The notes below the pieces were generated by a model. The model made no database searches. It was given only the letters and a program-made list of their open reading frames with translations, and had not been told where the DNA came from. Below are positions 24,570 to 36,648 of a stretch of DNA of 64,000 nt, in pieces; positions within the stretch are counted from its first letter, which is position 1; every line of letters starts with the position of its first letter. The stretch is taken from NCBI GenBank assembly GCA_010015585.1, contig ML975167.1; one strand, 5' to 3'. The stretch comes from Eremomyces bilateralis CBS 781.70. Taxonomy: Eukaryota. Both the position numbers and the translations under genes were made by a program.

Positions 24570-27500
24570 TCATTTGTGGTCATCGCCCGCTCCCTCCATC
24601 GCGTGTCCCGCTGGCGGTTGTGGAGGCCCTTGCGAGTGTATGGCGGCGGGATTGAGGGGCACCGGTTGCGCGTGGGTGCCGCTCGGCGTGCCGCGGTGCG
24701 GATGCTGCGGAAAATGGTGGTGTTGGTGCGGGCTCGTCCCGTACGGCTGCTGTGGGTACGGACCGCGCATCTGCGTGCCTGGAGTGTTGCCGTTAGTTGA
24801 TGGACGTCGCGTGTCGTTGCGGATGTAGCTTGAAGCAGAAATAGTACGCGAAGAAGGGCCAGAAGACAGTGGAGTTAGATTGCGAGATTTGACAAGGCGA
24901 GCGGAAAGGGGTGCCAGTTGTTGACCGGGCATGATGGCGTGAGGAAGCGGATCAGAAGAACTGCGGAAGGAGGGAGAGGAAACCACAGGAGAAACCATAC
25001 CTGGTCCATTGTTTGGCGGGAACATAGGACCACCTGGTCCGTTTGCTTGCATGTACATCACCGGCTGTTGATGACCTTGCTGCGACCCTTGATGGCTCAT
25101 CATCGCAGGCCTTGGGCTCGGATATCCGTTCGGCCCAGGTCCCATGCCGCCCGGTTGATGAGGATACACATTCGTTGGAACCGGGGAGTATACTTGCATC
25201 TGAGGATTCATCATCGGCACGTATCCTCCGCTCGAGTGCTGTTGCGTCATCATGTGGCCACCCATGGGCCCACCATGCGAGTTGCCGAACTGCGGCCCGC
25301 CTGGATATGGCCGCATGTTCATACCCTGGGCCGCACCTGGTCCCATACCGTTGTAGGGAATAAACTGGACGGGTGCTTGAGTGTTACCGCCATATGTCAT
25401 GACAGGTTGAGACGCCCTGGGTGAAGGGTGCACCTGTCCTGGGTAATGCATGCGGTGCTCGTCGAAGGACGCTGGTCCACCGGGAATCATATGCGGTTGG
25501 GCCGGCATATGGCGAGGAGTGTGCTGAGGAGTATGTTGCGGAGGTCCAACGGAAGGGCCATGTTGCATATGAGGAGGGAGTTGATGGTGGTGAGGCATAG
25601 GTCCGTTCGGTACCATCGCGTGCGGTGGTGAAACGGATGGAGGTCCGATGGTCTTTTCGAACATGTCAATATATGACTTCTCCTTGTTCGCTTCGGGGGC
25701 GTCCCAAACAGGTGGGGTTCGATATGCGTTGGGGATTCCACCGTTGTGAGTGTAATCCCTCTTCTCTGCTTCAGCTTCCTTCTTCATTCGCTTGATAGGA
25801 TTGAAATAATCATCAAGCGAGGGTCGATCGGATGTGGGCTTCGGCTTGCCTTCGAAGAAATGTGTGGCCGATTGGCCTCGAGGCTCGATTCGCTGCCGGC
25901 TGTCTGTCCGAGGGCTCGAAGCGCTGCTTGGATTTTGACTAGGCGTGAATGGCGAACCACCGGGTCTAAATTCCATGGCCTGAACATTGAACCGTGCGGT
26001 TCCAGAAGGACTTTGCAACGCCGACATGTTCCCAGCCATTGGTCCGGCTGGAATAGGTTGGATTGGGTGCGGCATGTTGCCAATGGATGGGCCGCGATGT
26101 TGCTGACGATTGTCCTGCAGCCGTTGGCTGAGACCACCTCGCTGAGGGCCTTGAGGTAACATGCCGGCGGCCAGGGACCTGTCGCCCCGAAGTGAATTGT
26201 AAGGACCTTGATTGCCGCGGTTACGCTGTTGGCCTTGACGATCTGATGGAATGGTTGGAATTGCATGAGCAACATCTGGTTTGGCCGCGGAAGGTTTCGT
26301 GGTGGCTGATTCGGTAGCAGCGGTGCTGCCCGAAGGAACCGATGCGGCTGTCTTCATGGGTTGAGGGTCGTTTGCATTATGCGCTGCTTTGGCGACAATT
26401 TCCTTCTGCTTCACCTTGTCTTTCGCAAGGATCGGAACAAGATCTTGCGGGATCGGGGTGTGCAACTTGAAGTCCTTTGCGAACTTTTTGAGGTCGTTCA
26501 GTTTCACTTGCTTATCAGCACGTGCATTTTTCCGCGCTTGTTCTTGAAGTCGGAGTTTCTCGACAGCAGAGAACTGTTTGAAAGAGTCGAGTACATCAAG
26601 TTCGACGGTCGCCGTGGCGTTTTCACCTCGGACACGTTTGCGGCTTGCGTCTGCCACTAAAGGAATTAGATGTCTCGACTCCGCTGTCATACTATTTGCG
26701 GCTCTGGGTCCTGGTTTAGAAGCTTCCAGTTTGGTAGGTCGGATTTCCGCCTCCTGCGGTTTCGGCGGAGCACTGGCATTTTTCCGTGCCATAGGTGCTG
26801 CCTGTGTGGGTGCTCCAGCCTGGGATGGGTGAGTCTCAGCACTCTTATCGTCCACGACCTGAGGCTTGGCCAGTTGAGAGGAGATAATGGCAGGGTCGGC
26901 TGCGGCTGCTCCACTGGCTTGTTGAGCTCTCCTTGCTGGTGGTTGGTATTTGTTAGGCTGGCCCATTGCCAATGGAGTATGCTCCCGTTGGACTCCGCTA
27001 TATCTGTAATAATCTTAAGTCACAATTCCTTAGCCTGACTGGGGAATACGTACTTCGACTCCTCATCGGCGCCATCATCTGCTTGGGACAATCCTCGTTC
27101 CTCCGCGACATGGGACGTCAAGGCACCGCTGGATTCGATTTCTCTGGCGATCCGGTCCGCCTGCGCCACTCGTTGCTTATAGAGAGGGTGGCTACGGTCG
27201 ATTTTGGTGGTGTAAATATTCTCATCGTAGTCACTCTTTGCTCCGTACAGGCGCTCATTGGCCTCGAATTGGTCCCACGTGCCGTGAGACTTGTCATCGA
27301 GTGACAGTTGCACATTGTCATTCGGTTCGGCTTCCCACCGTTGTAGGTTTCGCTCTCGCATGGCCAGGTTGCCCGAGATGTCTGCATCAGTCTTGAAGGC
27401 GCCGGGAGTCCCATTCTGGGACTTCGATTGAACAACATCTGTATCCACTTGGAGAGCGCAAAGATCGATGACATCTGCAGTGTCAAATGACATTGTATGG

Positions 27501-28334
27501 TTCTCACCAGTGCCAATGTAGTCGTCGGCGGTAGAGACGCCATTAGATTGTTCATTGTGTGGGAGAGCTTTCTTGACCATCTTCAAAACATATCGACTTT
27601 CGGGGGATCCAACCGTGGAACCAGAGAATATGCCATGGAATTGATCGCCGGTCTTTGTAGTGATAGTGCATGGGCGACCCTAAAGCGAAGAAACTCAAGT
27701 TAGCAAGTGGTCATGATAATATCAACAACATATTTTCAACTAAGATGTAGAGTCTGAAGCTGAAAAGTTAGAAGACTTACGATAAAAGAAGCCAACAGAA
27801 ACGACAGCCTATCATTGGCATGCTTCTCTGCTGAGCCGGCCTCCATTGTAGGTGTTGAGGAAGTCTTGGTAGACGTCTGAGATTTCGGAGTGTTCAGGAC
27901 ACCATTGGAGACGTTTGTGTTCGAGGACTTCTGGGTGATAGGGTTCGGGCCAGTCCAGGCCTTGGGTGTAGGCGTTTTCCTAGCACGCGGGAAGCACATC
28001 AGCACGTGTAATAGTCGCGTTATGCCTGTGACTGAGGATCCTAGAGGAGAAGCGTATCTGATAGAGGGCTGACGCGATCACAGGTATCATGTGTATACTT
28101 TGCATCCCGCTTGCCAAGAAAGAGATGATCGCGCTTCACCGCTGATAATTGGACTGACACAAGAACGGACTAATCCGTACAATCCAATTGAAAGAGTGAC
28201 ATTGGGGTTCCCCGGTTGAGTGCAAGGAGCACTGAGACAACAAGAGCCAAAATGGAAACTCACCTGGAAGTCCCCTCCATTGGGCTAGCATTCTGCTTTC
28301 GCGCAGCATCCAACGGCTTTGCACTCATCGTCAT
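24570..28334 (-). CDS. PBP1: Poly(A)-binding-protein-binding protein Pbp1 / ataxin-2 orthologue; 5 exons
   Basis: Exon 1 MTMSAKPLDAARKQNASPMEGTSR|KTPTPKAW; Lsm domain; LsmAD (WDQFEANERLYGAKSDYDENIYTTKIDRS..ADRIAREIE..AEERG); DLKKFAKDFKLHTPIPQDLVPILAKD; PAM2-like RFNVQAMEFRP; M/Q/P-rich tail. Introns 28263-27980, 27780-27680, 27053-27004 and 25000-24779. Confidence 0.92.
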
Positions 28335-29114
28335 ACCTCACTCTCACGCACACGCGAGTCGATGAAGGATTTCACTGGGCATTGGCCAGCCGGAGACCGG
28401 GACCGACGCGGATGGCTGGAAGTTCCACACACGATGCAGGAGCAAAGGATTGCCAAGCAACGGGTGGTGTGGGATGAGGATAACCGATGAAAGGTAAGAT
28501 CGGAAGAGGAAGAGCAAGTCCGCAAGAGAGACAAGCCAGGAGAATGCAGAGGACGTGTCGGGGTGAGAGAGTGAGAAAGAAGGCTCCGTCAACGTGGTGA
28601 AGCAACGAAGGCCAACGGCGCAAGGGGAGGAAAGCGGTCACAGTGACAGACGACGAGACGCACGATCGGGAGTGAAAAGGAGGGAACAACGAGGATCTGC
28701 AGATGGAGGAGCAGTGATGGGAGCAAGAAATAGCTTAGAAGAGAGGATGGGATAATATTGGGGATGGGGAATAGGTGTTGGAAGTGAGTGAGAGGAGTGT
28801 CTGGGGGAAGGTTTACGTTGATTTCCAGTTGATTTCCTGCTGGAGATGAATGGGCGGAAAGAATGGCGCGACGTGAGTGGTGGCCCTTAGTTACTGGTGG
28901 GTGAGTCGCTGTGGTGAGTGTCGCAGCCGGGAGCTAGAGCCACTGGTCGCTCGCTTGGCGATCCGGATGACCTGTGCATACAACTGATACACCCAACGTG
29001 CTGGCAATGAGCTGGAGAGTGTCGAATAGCAATAGCAATTACTCGGTGGTGTTATTATCAATTGGTGAAGTCAAGTACTGCTCAAAAGGGCAGATGGGGA
29101 TGATGCAGTAGGAA

Positions 29115-29148
29115 GTGGAAATGGTAGTGGAAATGGTAGTGCAAATGG
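29115..29148. repeat. 12-bp tandem repeat (GTGGAAATGGTA, about 3 copies) in the PBP1/BUD6 divergent intergenic region
   Basis: gtggaaatggta gtggaaatggta gtgcaaatgg, read directly. Confidence 0.7.
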
Positions 29149-29919
29149 CATCGGAGAGACCAGCTCACACAGAGACAACATACACCAGAGCCAGAGTCCA
29201 GACTTCACTGTTTCATCATTTAGGCCTTCAGGGTATTCATTCTTAGTGGTCTGAGGTCGGAGCTGCTGGCTGCAGGTGGGCTGGAAACGGACAGGGAGTT
29301 GTCTATCTCTGGCATGGTCCTCCTACTCACCCACACTTTCCGCTGCTGAGACAACCAAGTAGTACATTAAAGAACTGCCAGCGGATTTCCCGACTTTCAA
29401 ACTAGATTGTTTTCCGAGGCGATGGCTTTGGATATATCAAACCCTCGAGCAGTCCTTCTTATTGCAAACACGAAAGTTGCTGAGCATCCGCACCGATAGT
29501 TAGCGACGTTCACTTTCAGGGGTCGTCACCTTAAGTGTTTCCGCTCCGTGATCCGCAGCTCCGCTCCACCCTGGCTTGTTTCCACGGCGATCATTCAGCT
29601 CCTCAGCAGCACAAAACTACAACACATGACCCCGGAAACATCACAGCTGTTCCGATTCGGCAGGAGCGGACTGTTCCCATCACGCTGCCAAGGCCCAAGG
29701 GCAAACCCTGGGGAACCCCAGCCGGCCATACGAATCTATTCGTGCTGTAGGAACGGGCTATTATTAAATCCAATACTTTATCACGATACCTTACCCTGAG
29801 TCCCGAACCAATCGCCCTCGGGAAGCCCGTGAGACGCCCCGAGCTGAGTCTCTTTAGACCTCGACCTTCGCTATTTTCCTCGCGTTTCTCATCTAGACTG
29901 TACTTCGTTGCTATATCGC

Positions 29920-32900
29920 ATGTTCTCCCCTGAAGCGATGAATCCAGTGACCGACGAGCCCGGGTCGCGCTCGTCGGGCTCCAACCGCTCTTCACAGCAA
30001 TCGTCGCGCCGTCAAAATGTTAGATGCCACCAATATAACCGTTATGGTCTCCGTATAGAAGCTGACTGTCGATAACAGCCCCAGGCCCAGCTATCGCAAA
30101 TCGAAAAGAGCGTCACCCATCTCCTCGTCGCCACGAAGCAGCTCCTCGAGACCCTCACCGACTGGTCGCGCCGACAAGCAAACGAGAATTCCGTGTCGGA
30201 CGTATATGTTAGACTCGGGTACGAGTTCAACATCGCATGCCGCGCCTTCAACGCGATCGGGGTCGAGACTCAGGATCTGGGCCCCGTTCCCGATCTATTA
30301 CGCGGGATCCTCGAAGAGACCCTCTCCCAAGAAGCGTCCCAAGCCAGCCTTGATCGCTTTCTACCACGGATACGCGATATCATTATCAATCTGCTTCACG
30401 GTCTGAAAAAGAAACAGCAGCGATTACGACAACGAGCAGGCCGAGGCGATCTGCCAAATGGTACAACCTCAAGAGTAGGAAGCGGAGGAAGCCTGGAGGC
30501 AGAACTGGATGCACAATCTGAAAAACCAAGTCAAAGACCGCAACGACAAGGGAGTGCGGATTTTACTGCCGAGAGTTCGGAGATTCCTCCACGGACCTCC
30601 TCTTCATCCGGTGGCACCGGACTGGCGCGCTATAGCATGTCAGGCGGCCGCCAGAAACGCAATACTTCATTGACGGATGCCACACGGGATTCGTCGTCAT
30701 CGCTCTCCAGTAACGCATTGCAGAACATCCCAGTCATCGCCCCGTACCCCCAAGAAGATACGATCCCCACCCCAATCCAACCGGCGCCTTCCCCATCGTA
30801 TAACTCCAGCCAAGACTTCCCTCATCCACCACCCCCGCCTCCACCGCCACCGAAACAGGAGGATGCGCTGCTGGCCCTCCAGCGAGGCGGAGACTTGGAG
30901 AGGAGGGCGTCCCGGAGGTTTTCGTCCTACCAAATCAATAAACAGCTCGGACTTCCCGCCAGCCAGAACTCGCCGATCCCGAATCGGGGGCGTGATATCC
31001 GCGACTCTGTCAATGCGGCCCGAATGAGAAATTCCGTGCTGCATAGCCGGTCCAAATCCACGCAACCACTGGGTGGTGGATCGCCGTCAAGGCCCAAAGC
31101 TATTTCGCCATCGCGGATATCGGAGGAGAGTGGCGAGGAGGACACCGGGTCGTTTGCGACCTTGGTGAGGCAACCCGTCGAATTGGAGGACCGAGGTCCT
31201 GTCGCGAACCTTTCATCGATCTCAGAACCGGAGCTGGGCGCGACAATCAGCAGCCCGGTGCGAGAACTAGTGCTCACCCCAGAACCTGAACCTACCAAAC
31301 CTCCCGTTGCAGAACTCCCGGTACGGAGTAAATCGCGCGGCGAAACGAAGTCGCCCATCCCCACACCGTCACCACGACCATACGTGGCCGAGGAGTCGCC
31401 GCCTCCGGGCAAGGAGCTGACGCTATATTTGAAATACAAGAGCCGAGTCAAAAAGTTTGTCCTGGAGAATGGGTACGAGGAGTTGACGATCCCTCGCCTC
31501 CAGCTGGCATTTATCGAAAAGTTCGCATGGAATACTCACAATAATGGCGTCGATCTCCCTGCGATCTACATCGAAGATCAGGGCGCTCGGTACGAACTAG
31601 AAGATCTCAACGATGTGAAGAATCATTCCATCCTCGCTCTCAATGTGGAGGAGCTGGATGAGGTGAAACGCTCCATCGACGATGGCCTCAATGGGCTACG
31701 ATCGATGGTGGAAGGACTCAAGTCGGCGATGGAGGTGCAGCAAGCCTCTCTTCAGCGGGTATCAGAGGCACAACAATCTACGGCCCGGGACATTGCCGGG
31801 ATGACAGCCGCACCCCCCTTGGCTGCGCCCAACCAGAGCGCATCATCTCTACAGCCCGCCATCGCACGCTCTCTCTCCCAGCGTGAATCCACCGGTCAGA
31901 TCACCGAAGTGCAGACGCTACGCCGCGACCTTGCCGTTATGCGGCAGACGTATTCATCCTTCCTGTCCGAGGTCCAAGCATCCATGGCCGACGTTCGTAC
32001 CAAGGCTGCCTCGGTCAAGACCGTCGCCTTCAAAGCCGCCATGTCCGACCTTGAAGGCGAGCGCGGCCGAGCGTACCTCAACGAAGGAAAGAAGACGGTC
32101 ACGGACGACTCGAAGAAATTGGTCGACCGCGTCGATGAGGTGCAGGACTCCATCGAGGATCTCCGCAAGGACGTGGTCCTCCGGGGCGTCCGACCCCTGC
32201 CGCGGCAACTGGAGACGGTAGCCAAGGACATCAGCCAGGCCACGGCGGAGCTGAAGAAGATGCAGGACGCCCTCAAGCGCGAGAAACCCGTGTGGACCAA
32301 GATTTGGGAGAAGGAGCTGCAAGTGGTGTGCGACGAGCGGGACCTGCTCACCATGCAGGAAGAGCTGGCCGCCGACCTCGAAGACGACCTCGAGAAAGCC
32401 GCGCAGACCTTCTCCCTCGTCGAGCAGGCCACCAAGCAGCAGAACCTCCAGAACGCGCAGAACGCCCAGGCCGCCAACCGCACGGGTAGCCGGCAGCTGC
32501 AGGCGGTGGCGCTGGACAAGGCGGTAGACCCGCGGCTGGCCAAGGACGGGGTGCTCGGCGAGGTGCGCGCGCTACAGCCGAACCACGAGTCGCGGCTCGA
32601 GGCAATCGAGCGGGCGGAGCGGGCGCGGCAGCGCGAGCTGGCGAACCGGTCGGATGACGCGTTCAAGAAGGAGCTGGGCAGCTTCGTGGACGAGGGGAAG
32701 CTGAAGCGGAGCGGGGGGGTGGAGGAGGCGGAGCGGTTGCGGAAGGCGAAGGATATCAGGATCCGGCAGGAGGTGTGGGAAAGGCAGCAGGCGAGGGCAA
32801 ATGGGAAGGTGGCGGAGCGGAGTGGGAGTGGAGGGGCGCCCGCGGAGCGGGGTGGGAAGGAACGGGAGGGGAGCACGACGAGTCTGGATGTGTCCACGGC

Positions 32901-32961
32901 GGACACCAGTGCGAGCTCGCCAGAGGCGGCGTATCAGGATGCCAATGAAGCGCCTCTATGA
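29920..32961 (+). CDS. BUD6: Actin-interacting polarisome protein Bud6/Aip3; 2 exons
   Basis: ATG at 29920 (or in-frame 29938); intron 30019-30078. IEKSVTHLLVATKQLLETLTDWSR, VSDVYVRLGYEFN and AIP3 domain (LYLKYKSRVKK, EDLRKDVVLRGVRP, EKPVWTKIWEKEL, LQPNHESRLEAIERAE). Confidence 0.95.
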
Positions 32962-33280
32962 GGCGCAGATTGAGTGGTTCACGTTGGGTAGTGACAGTCT
33001 TTTGGATGGGAGGGAAACACTTGGATATATGTAGGCTGAGGGTGGTTTACTCATACATTATTTTATTATACCAACGACATTTTATTCTTGGAACGCCAAC
33101 ATTCTGCCTCTCCAATCATAACATGAGCTCAAGTCTATGAATTCATGAATTGGCATGTCTGAACTAATGAAATGAACATTCAACATTGGCTGAGGGGTTT
33201 GCTTGCTGCAGACCTGCCGTGCCTGTTTTGGTGGTGCAAGTGGATCGCGCTAGAGGCCGATTTTGACCCAAAACAGCAAG

Positions 33281-33358
33281 CGCGACGAGGCGCGGTGACG
33301 AAGATGGCAAGAGCGCGGGTTTCACAGGGCAACCGCCAATCAGCGCTCGCGTAAACAA
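33281..33358 (+). promoter_or_regulatory. Cell-cycle-type promoter: CGCG (MCB-like) cluster, CCAAT box and forkhead site GTAAACAA
   Basis: CGCGAC at 33281, CGCG at 33291 and 33314, CCAAT at ~33336, TCGCGT at 33347 overlapping GTAAACAA at 33351-33358; about 225 bp upstream of ATG 33581. Confidence 0.5.
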
Positions 33359-33580
33359 GGCCCAGCAACAACCGTCTGGACTCTTCCAATTATCACCGAC
33401 GTTCCTTCTCTTCGATCAGTGATGAAGTGGTAATCTTCATATCAATTGACCTTCAGTTACAATCAATCTATCATTCCCAGGCTTGGAGCCACAGTTAAAC
33501 ACCGCAATCTTGATAGATTTCAAACCCCGACAAGCCACCCGGCACGCAATTTCCCAGAACCCCCTGTCGATTCCCAAACA

Positions 33581-35692
33581 ATGCCTCGCCAGACACGCGC
33601 TGCCCTCCGCGCTCAGGCCAGCGCCGACATCCACACCGACGCCGACGCCGACCTCGACACCTCGACCTCTACCAATACGCCTGTCGAACTTACTACTACG
33701 AACGACTCTGACGCCGAAAACCACGCGCGAGCACCCCTAGGCGAGATTGCGATGAACGAGGTTGACGCATTGACCGCGCAGGAACTGGATCCGATTGATC
33801 TGAAGACGGGGATGGCGCCGACGGGGACGGTTAAGAAGGGCCGAGGGAGGGGGAGGAATAAGGGTGGGATGAAAGGGGGGGATGGAGATCGAACGGCGGA
33901 GGCTACGGCCGGAGAGCAGGGTGAGGAGCCGATAGAGGTTGGCGATGTTTTGATGCAAGTTGAGGAGCCGACTGCAGAGGCAAAGAAGGGTACGTTACGT
34001 GAGCTATGCTTGGGATTGAGCCATGTCTAACTGATAATCCCAGTTGAAGAACCGCAGCAGCCGAGTCCAGTCAAACGGACCCGTTCGACAAGACGGACCC
34101 GTGCAACAGCCAAGGAAGATGAGATCTCATGCACCGACGTTCCAACAACCGACGAGAAGCCCACATCTTTGGCCACAGATGCTAGTGAGGAATCAGAGTC
34201 CAATCAAGTAGATCCAGTTGTCAACACCGCGGCATCAATCGAGGCTATGGAGTTGGGGAGCAGTGAGATACAGCGCCATGATGCTCTTATTACGGAAGCA
34301 AGCACGAACGAGGAGGAACCCCCAACAAAGGCCGATTCCGTGCTTCCTCTGGCTGATATACCTTTATATTCTCCTTCGGGCAAACATCTACGCCCCGAGG
34401 ACTCGATCGAAGCGATGGACGACCTCGAGGATGCGATCGAAGCCATTGGCAACGCCATTCCCAATCTTGAAGTCCGCAACCCTGCCCCTGAGAAGCGTAA
34501 AAGTGTCTCGAATTCCCCTGCAGCGAAAAGCCCGAAACCCGTGTCGGATATTGGTCACTCTTCCGCCACAAAGCCACTGACACCAGCGGCGAGGCAGCCA
34601 GGGCAAATTACACCGAAAGGCACGACTTCAGTCACTCGGAGCACTTCCACCCTCCTTCGCTCCGCGAGCACCAAGGCCGCACCGAAGCCGAAGGCTCCTC
34701 TTCCTTCTACTTCCAAATCCATATTGACCATCAAGCCCAAAACATCGAATACGATGCCACCGGGTACGAAGCGGCGACCTATTTCCCTGCAATTTCCACC
34801 CGCTCCAGGGCCGATAAAATCGAGCAAGCCGCCTACTCAATCGACCTTCACGCTTCCCGGTGAAGCGATCGCCGCGAAGCTCAAGGCAGCTCGTGAAGCG
34901 AGGTTGGCTGCCGCAGAGGAGGAGGCAAAGAAACGTCGTGAGTTCAAGGCACGGCCGGTACCAAAGGCGACCGCTGGAACAGTCACCGTGCACGTACGAA
35001 AGACGACTGCGAGCATAGCTAGGGAGAGTATGATTCGCGGCGAGGTTTCGGTGGCTGGAAACTCGAGAGCATCGTCCGCGAGCAGACCGAGTGTGGCTGC
35101 TAGTGGCAATGGCACTATTAAGCCAAATACGTTAAAGAGGGCGTCTATCGCGGGTGTCGCGATTCCTCCTCCCAGGCCGGCTGCGAAGGAGACGATCATG
35201 AAGCTGACCCGTCCATCATCGATCGCCGGTGCGCCTGCCACATCCATCACCAGCACCAAGCGTGCATCCACGCTGCTGAAGACCGCATCTACCTCGTCTT
35301 CCGCCACGTCGACGATCGCAAAGCGTCCATCGACCCTCGCAACCAAGCCACGCCCTACCTCCACCCATCTCGCCCCCACACCGCCCACCCGCCGCCCCTC
35401 CACTGTAGCGAGCAACTCGTCCGCGTCCGGACCCTCAGCCGCGTCCAAGCCCTCCGTCACGGCCACCGACCTCGCGACGCAGAAGGTCAAGGCGCGGGAG
35501 ATCTTCAACCGGGACAAGGTGGAGAAGGAGGATCGGGAGCGGCAGCGGCGGGAGAAGGAGGACGGGGCGCGGAAGGCGAGGGCAGAGGCGGCGGAGCGGG
35601 GTCGGTTGGCGAGTCGGGAGTGGGCGGAGAGGCAGCGGTTGAGAGCGTTGGCGACGGGGACGGGGAGGAAGGTAGAGGCGATGGCGAACTAG
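33581..35692 (+). CDS. Disordered basic protein with a TPX2-like FKARP motif, a putative microtubule-associated spindle protein; 2 exons
   Basis: Exon 1 33581-33989, intron 33990-34043 (GTACGT..CTAAC..CAG), exon 2 to 35692. Acidic N-half (EDSIEAMDDLEDAIE); TFTLPGEAIAAKLKAAREAR..KRREFKARPVP; C-terminal helix ARAEAAERGRLASREWAE. Confidence 0.75.
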
Positions 35693-36502
35693 GTTTGTGT
35701 CTCCCTTTGCAAAGAGTCTTTTGTGAAGACGGCGCTGGTGTTTGAAGGAGCGCACTGTTGTTTCTATGGTTTTGATTGCGAGCCTTTCAGGGCGGCGTTG
35801 ACCCACAAAGAAGTTTAGTTGTTTCTCTTGTTTCCTATCGTCTAAGCATCATATCCTCTGTTTTCAGTTTGGCGTTGGAGCAGTTCGTTCAAGCGTGGAA
35901 TTTGCAGGTTTCCATATCAGCCGGTCAACCTTGTGCGGAAACTGATTGTATCTTAGTTTATTTCAGGTGACTTCGGCTGACTTGTGTCGTCGTCTTCATT
36001 AAAATCTTTACTTGAGTCATTATCTCACTCGAGTTGCGATCCTCCCTAGCCACTGACCACTCTCAACCAGTGTTCGTAGTTAGTAGTCGAATATTAGCAC
36101 GTACTTCGTAAACTGCCTCCTTTTGTGGCCAGCCGAAACTGCAATGTTGACATTCTCAATAGGATTCTCTCCATCAATTTTAAACACTAGAAGCGGAAGG
36201 CAAACAAAGGATGGAGAAATTATTCTTGATACTGAACGAGAACTGATAGCACTCCATATTTTCCGATACACTGGTTGCAATGCCGAAAATATAATTCGAA
36301 CAAATAAATAATAGATCTCTACATAGTCTATTGTACCCTCCTAGGCATGCCTTTTTAGAATGCTACTTTAAATTTTTCTCATAAAGGTAATATTCGACTG
36401 AGTACATACAGTAGATGAAACATTGATATGCATCCCACTTACACCATTGAGAATCCGATTATTCCGATTCCAAAAAACACTTCTAGCCAATATTCTGTAT
36501 GT

Positions 36503-36542
36503 CCAAAAATGGACCAAAAATGGACCAAAAAACATCAAAAAA
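36503..36542 (-). terminator. Pol III oligo-T terminator runs downstream of tRNA-Trp, within an 11-bp tandem duplication (CCAAAAATGGA x2)
   Basis: Plus strand ccaaaaatggaccaaaaatggaccaaaaaacatcaaaaaa gives several T5-T6 runs on the tRNA strand. Confidence 0.65.
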
Positions 36543-36566
36543 TATGCTGCGGAATCGAGAGGGTAT

Positions 36567-36648
36567 TGAACCCGACCGGAATCGAACCGGCAATCTTCTG
36601 GATGCTCCAAAGCTGGAATCAGACGCGATACCATTTCGCCACGGGTCC
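36567..36648 (-). tRNA. tRNA-Trp (anticodon CCA) with a ~10-nt intron
   Basis: Minus strand: GGACCCG TG GCGA AATGGTA TCGC G TCTGA TTCCAG [ctttggagca] T CCAGA AGATT GCCGG TTCGATT CCGGT CGGGTTC A. Acceptor, D and T stems pair; oligo-T Pol III terminators follow. Confidence 0.93.

Noticed and set aside
31896..32906. 336-aa minus-strand ORF
   Set aside because: Antisense to the BUD6 coiled-coil region.
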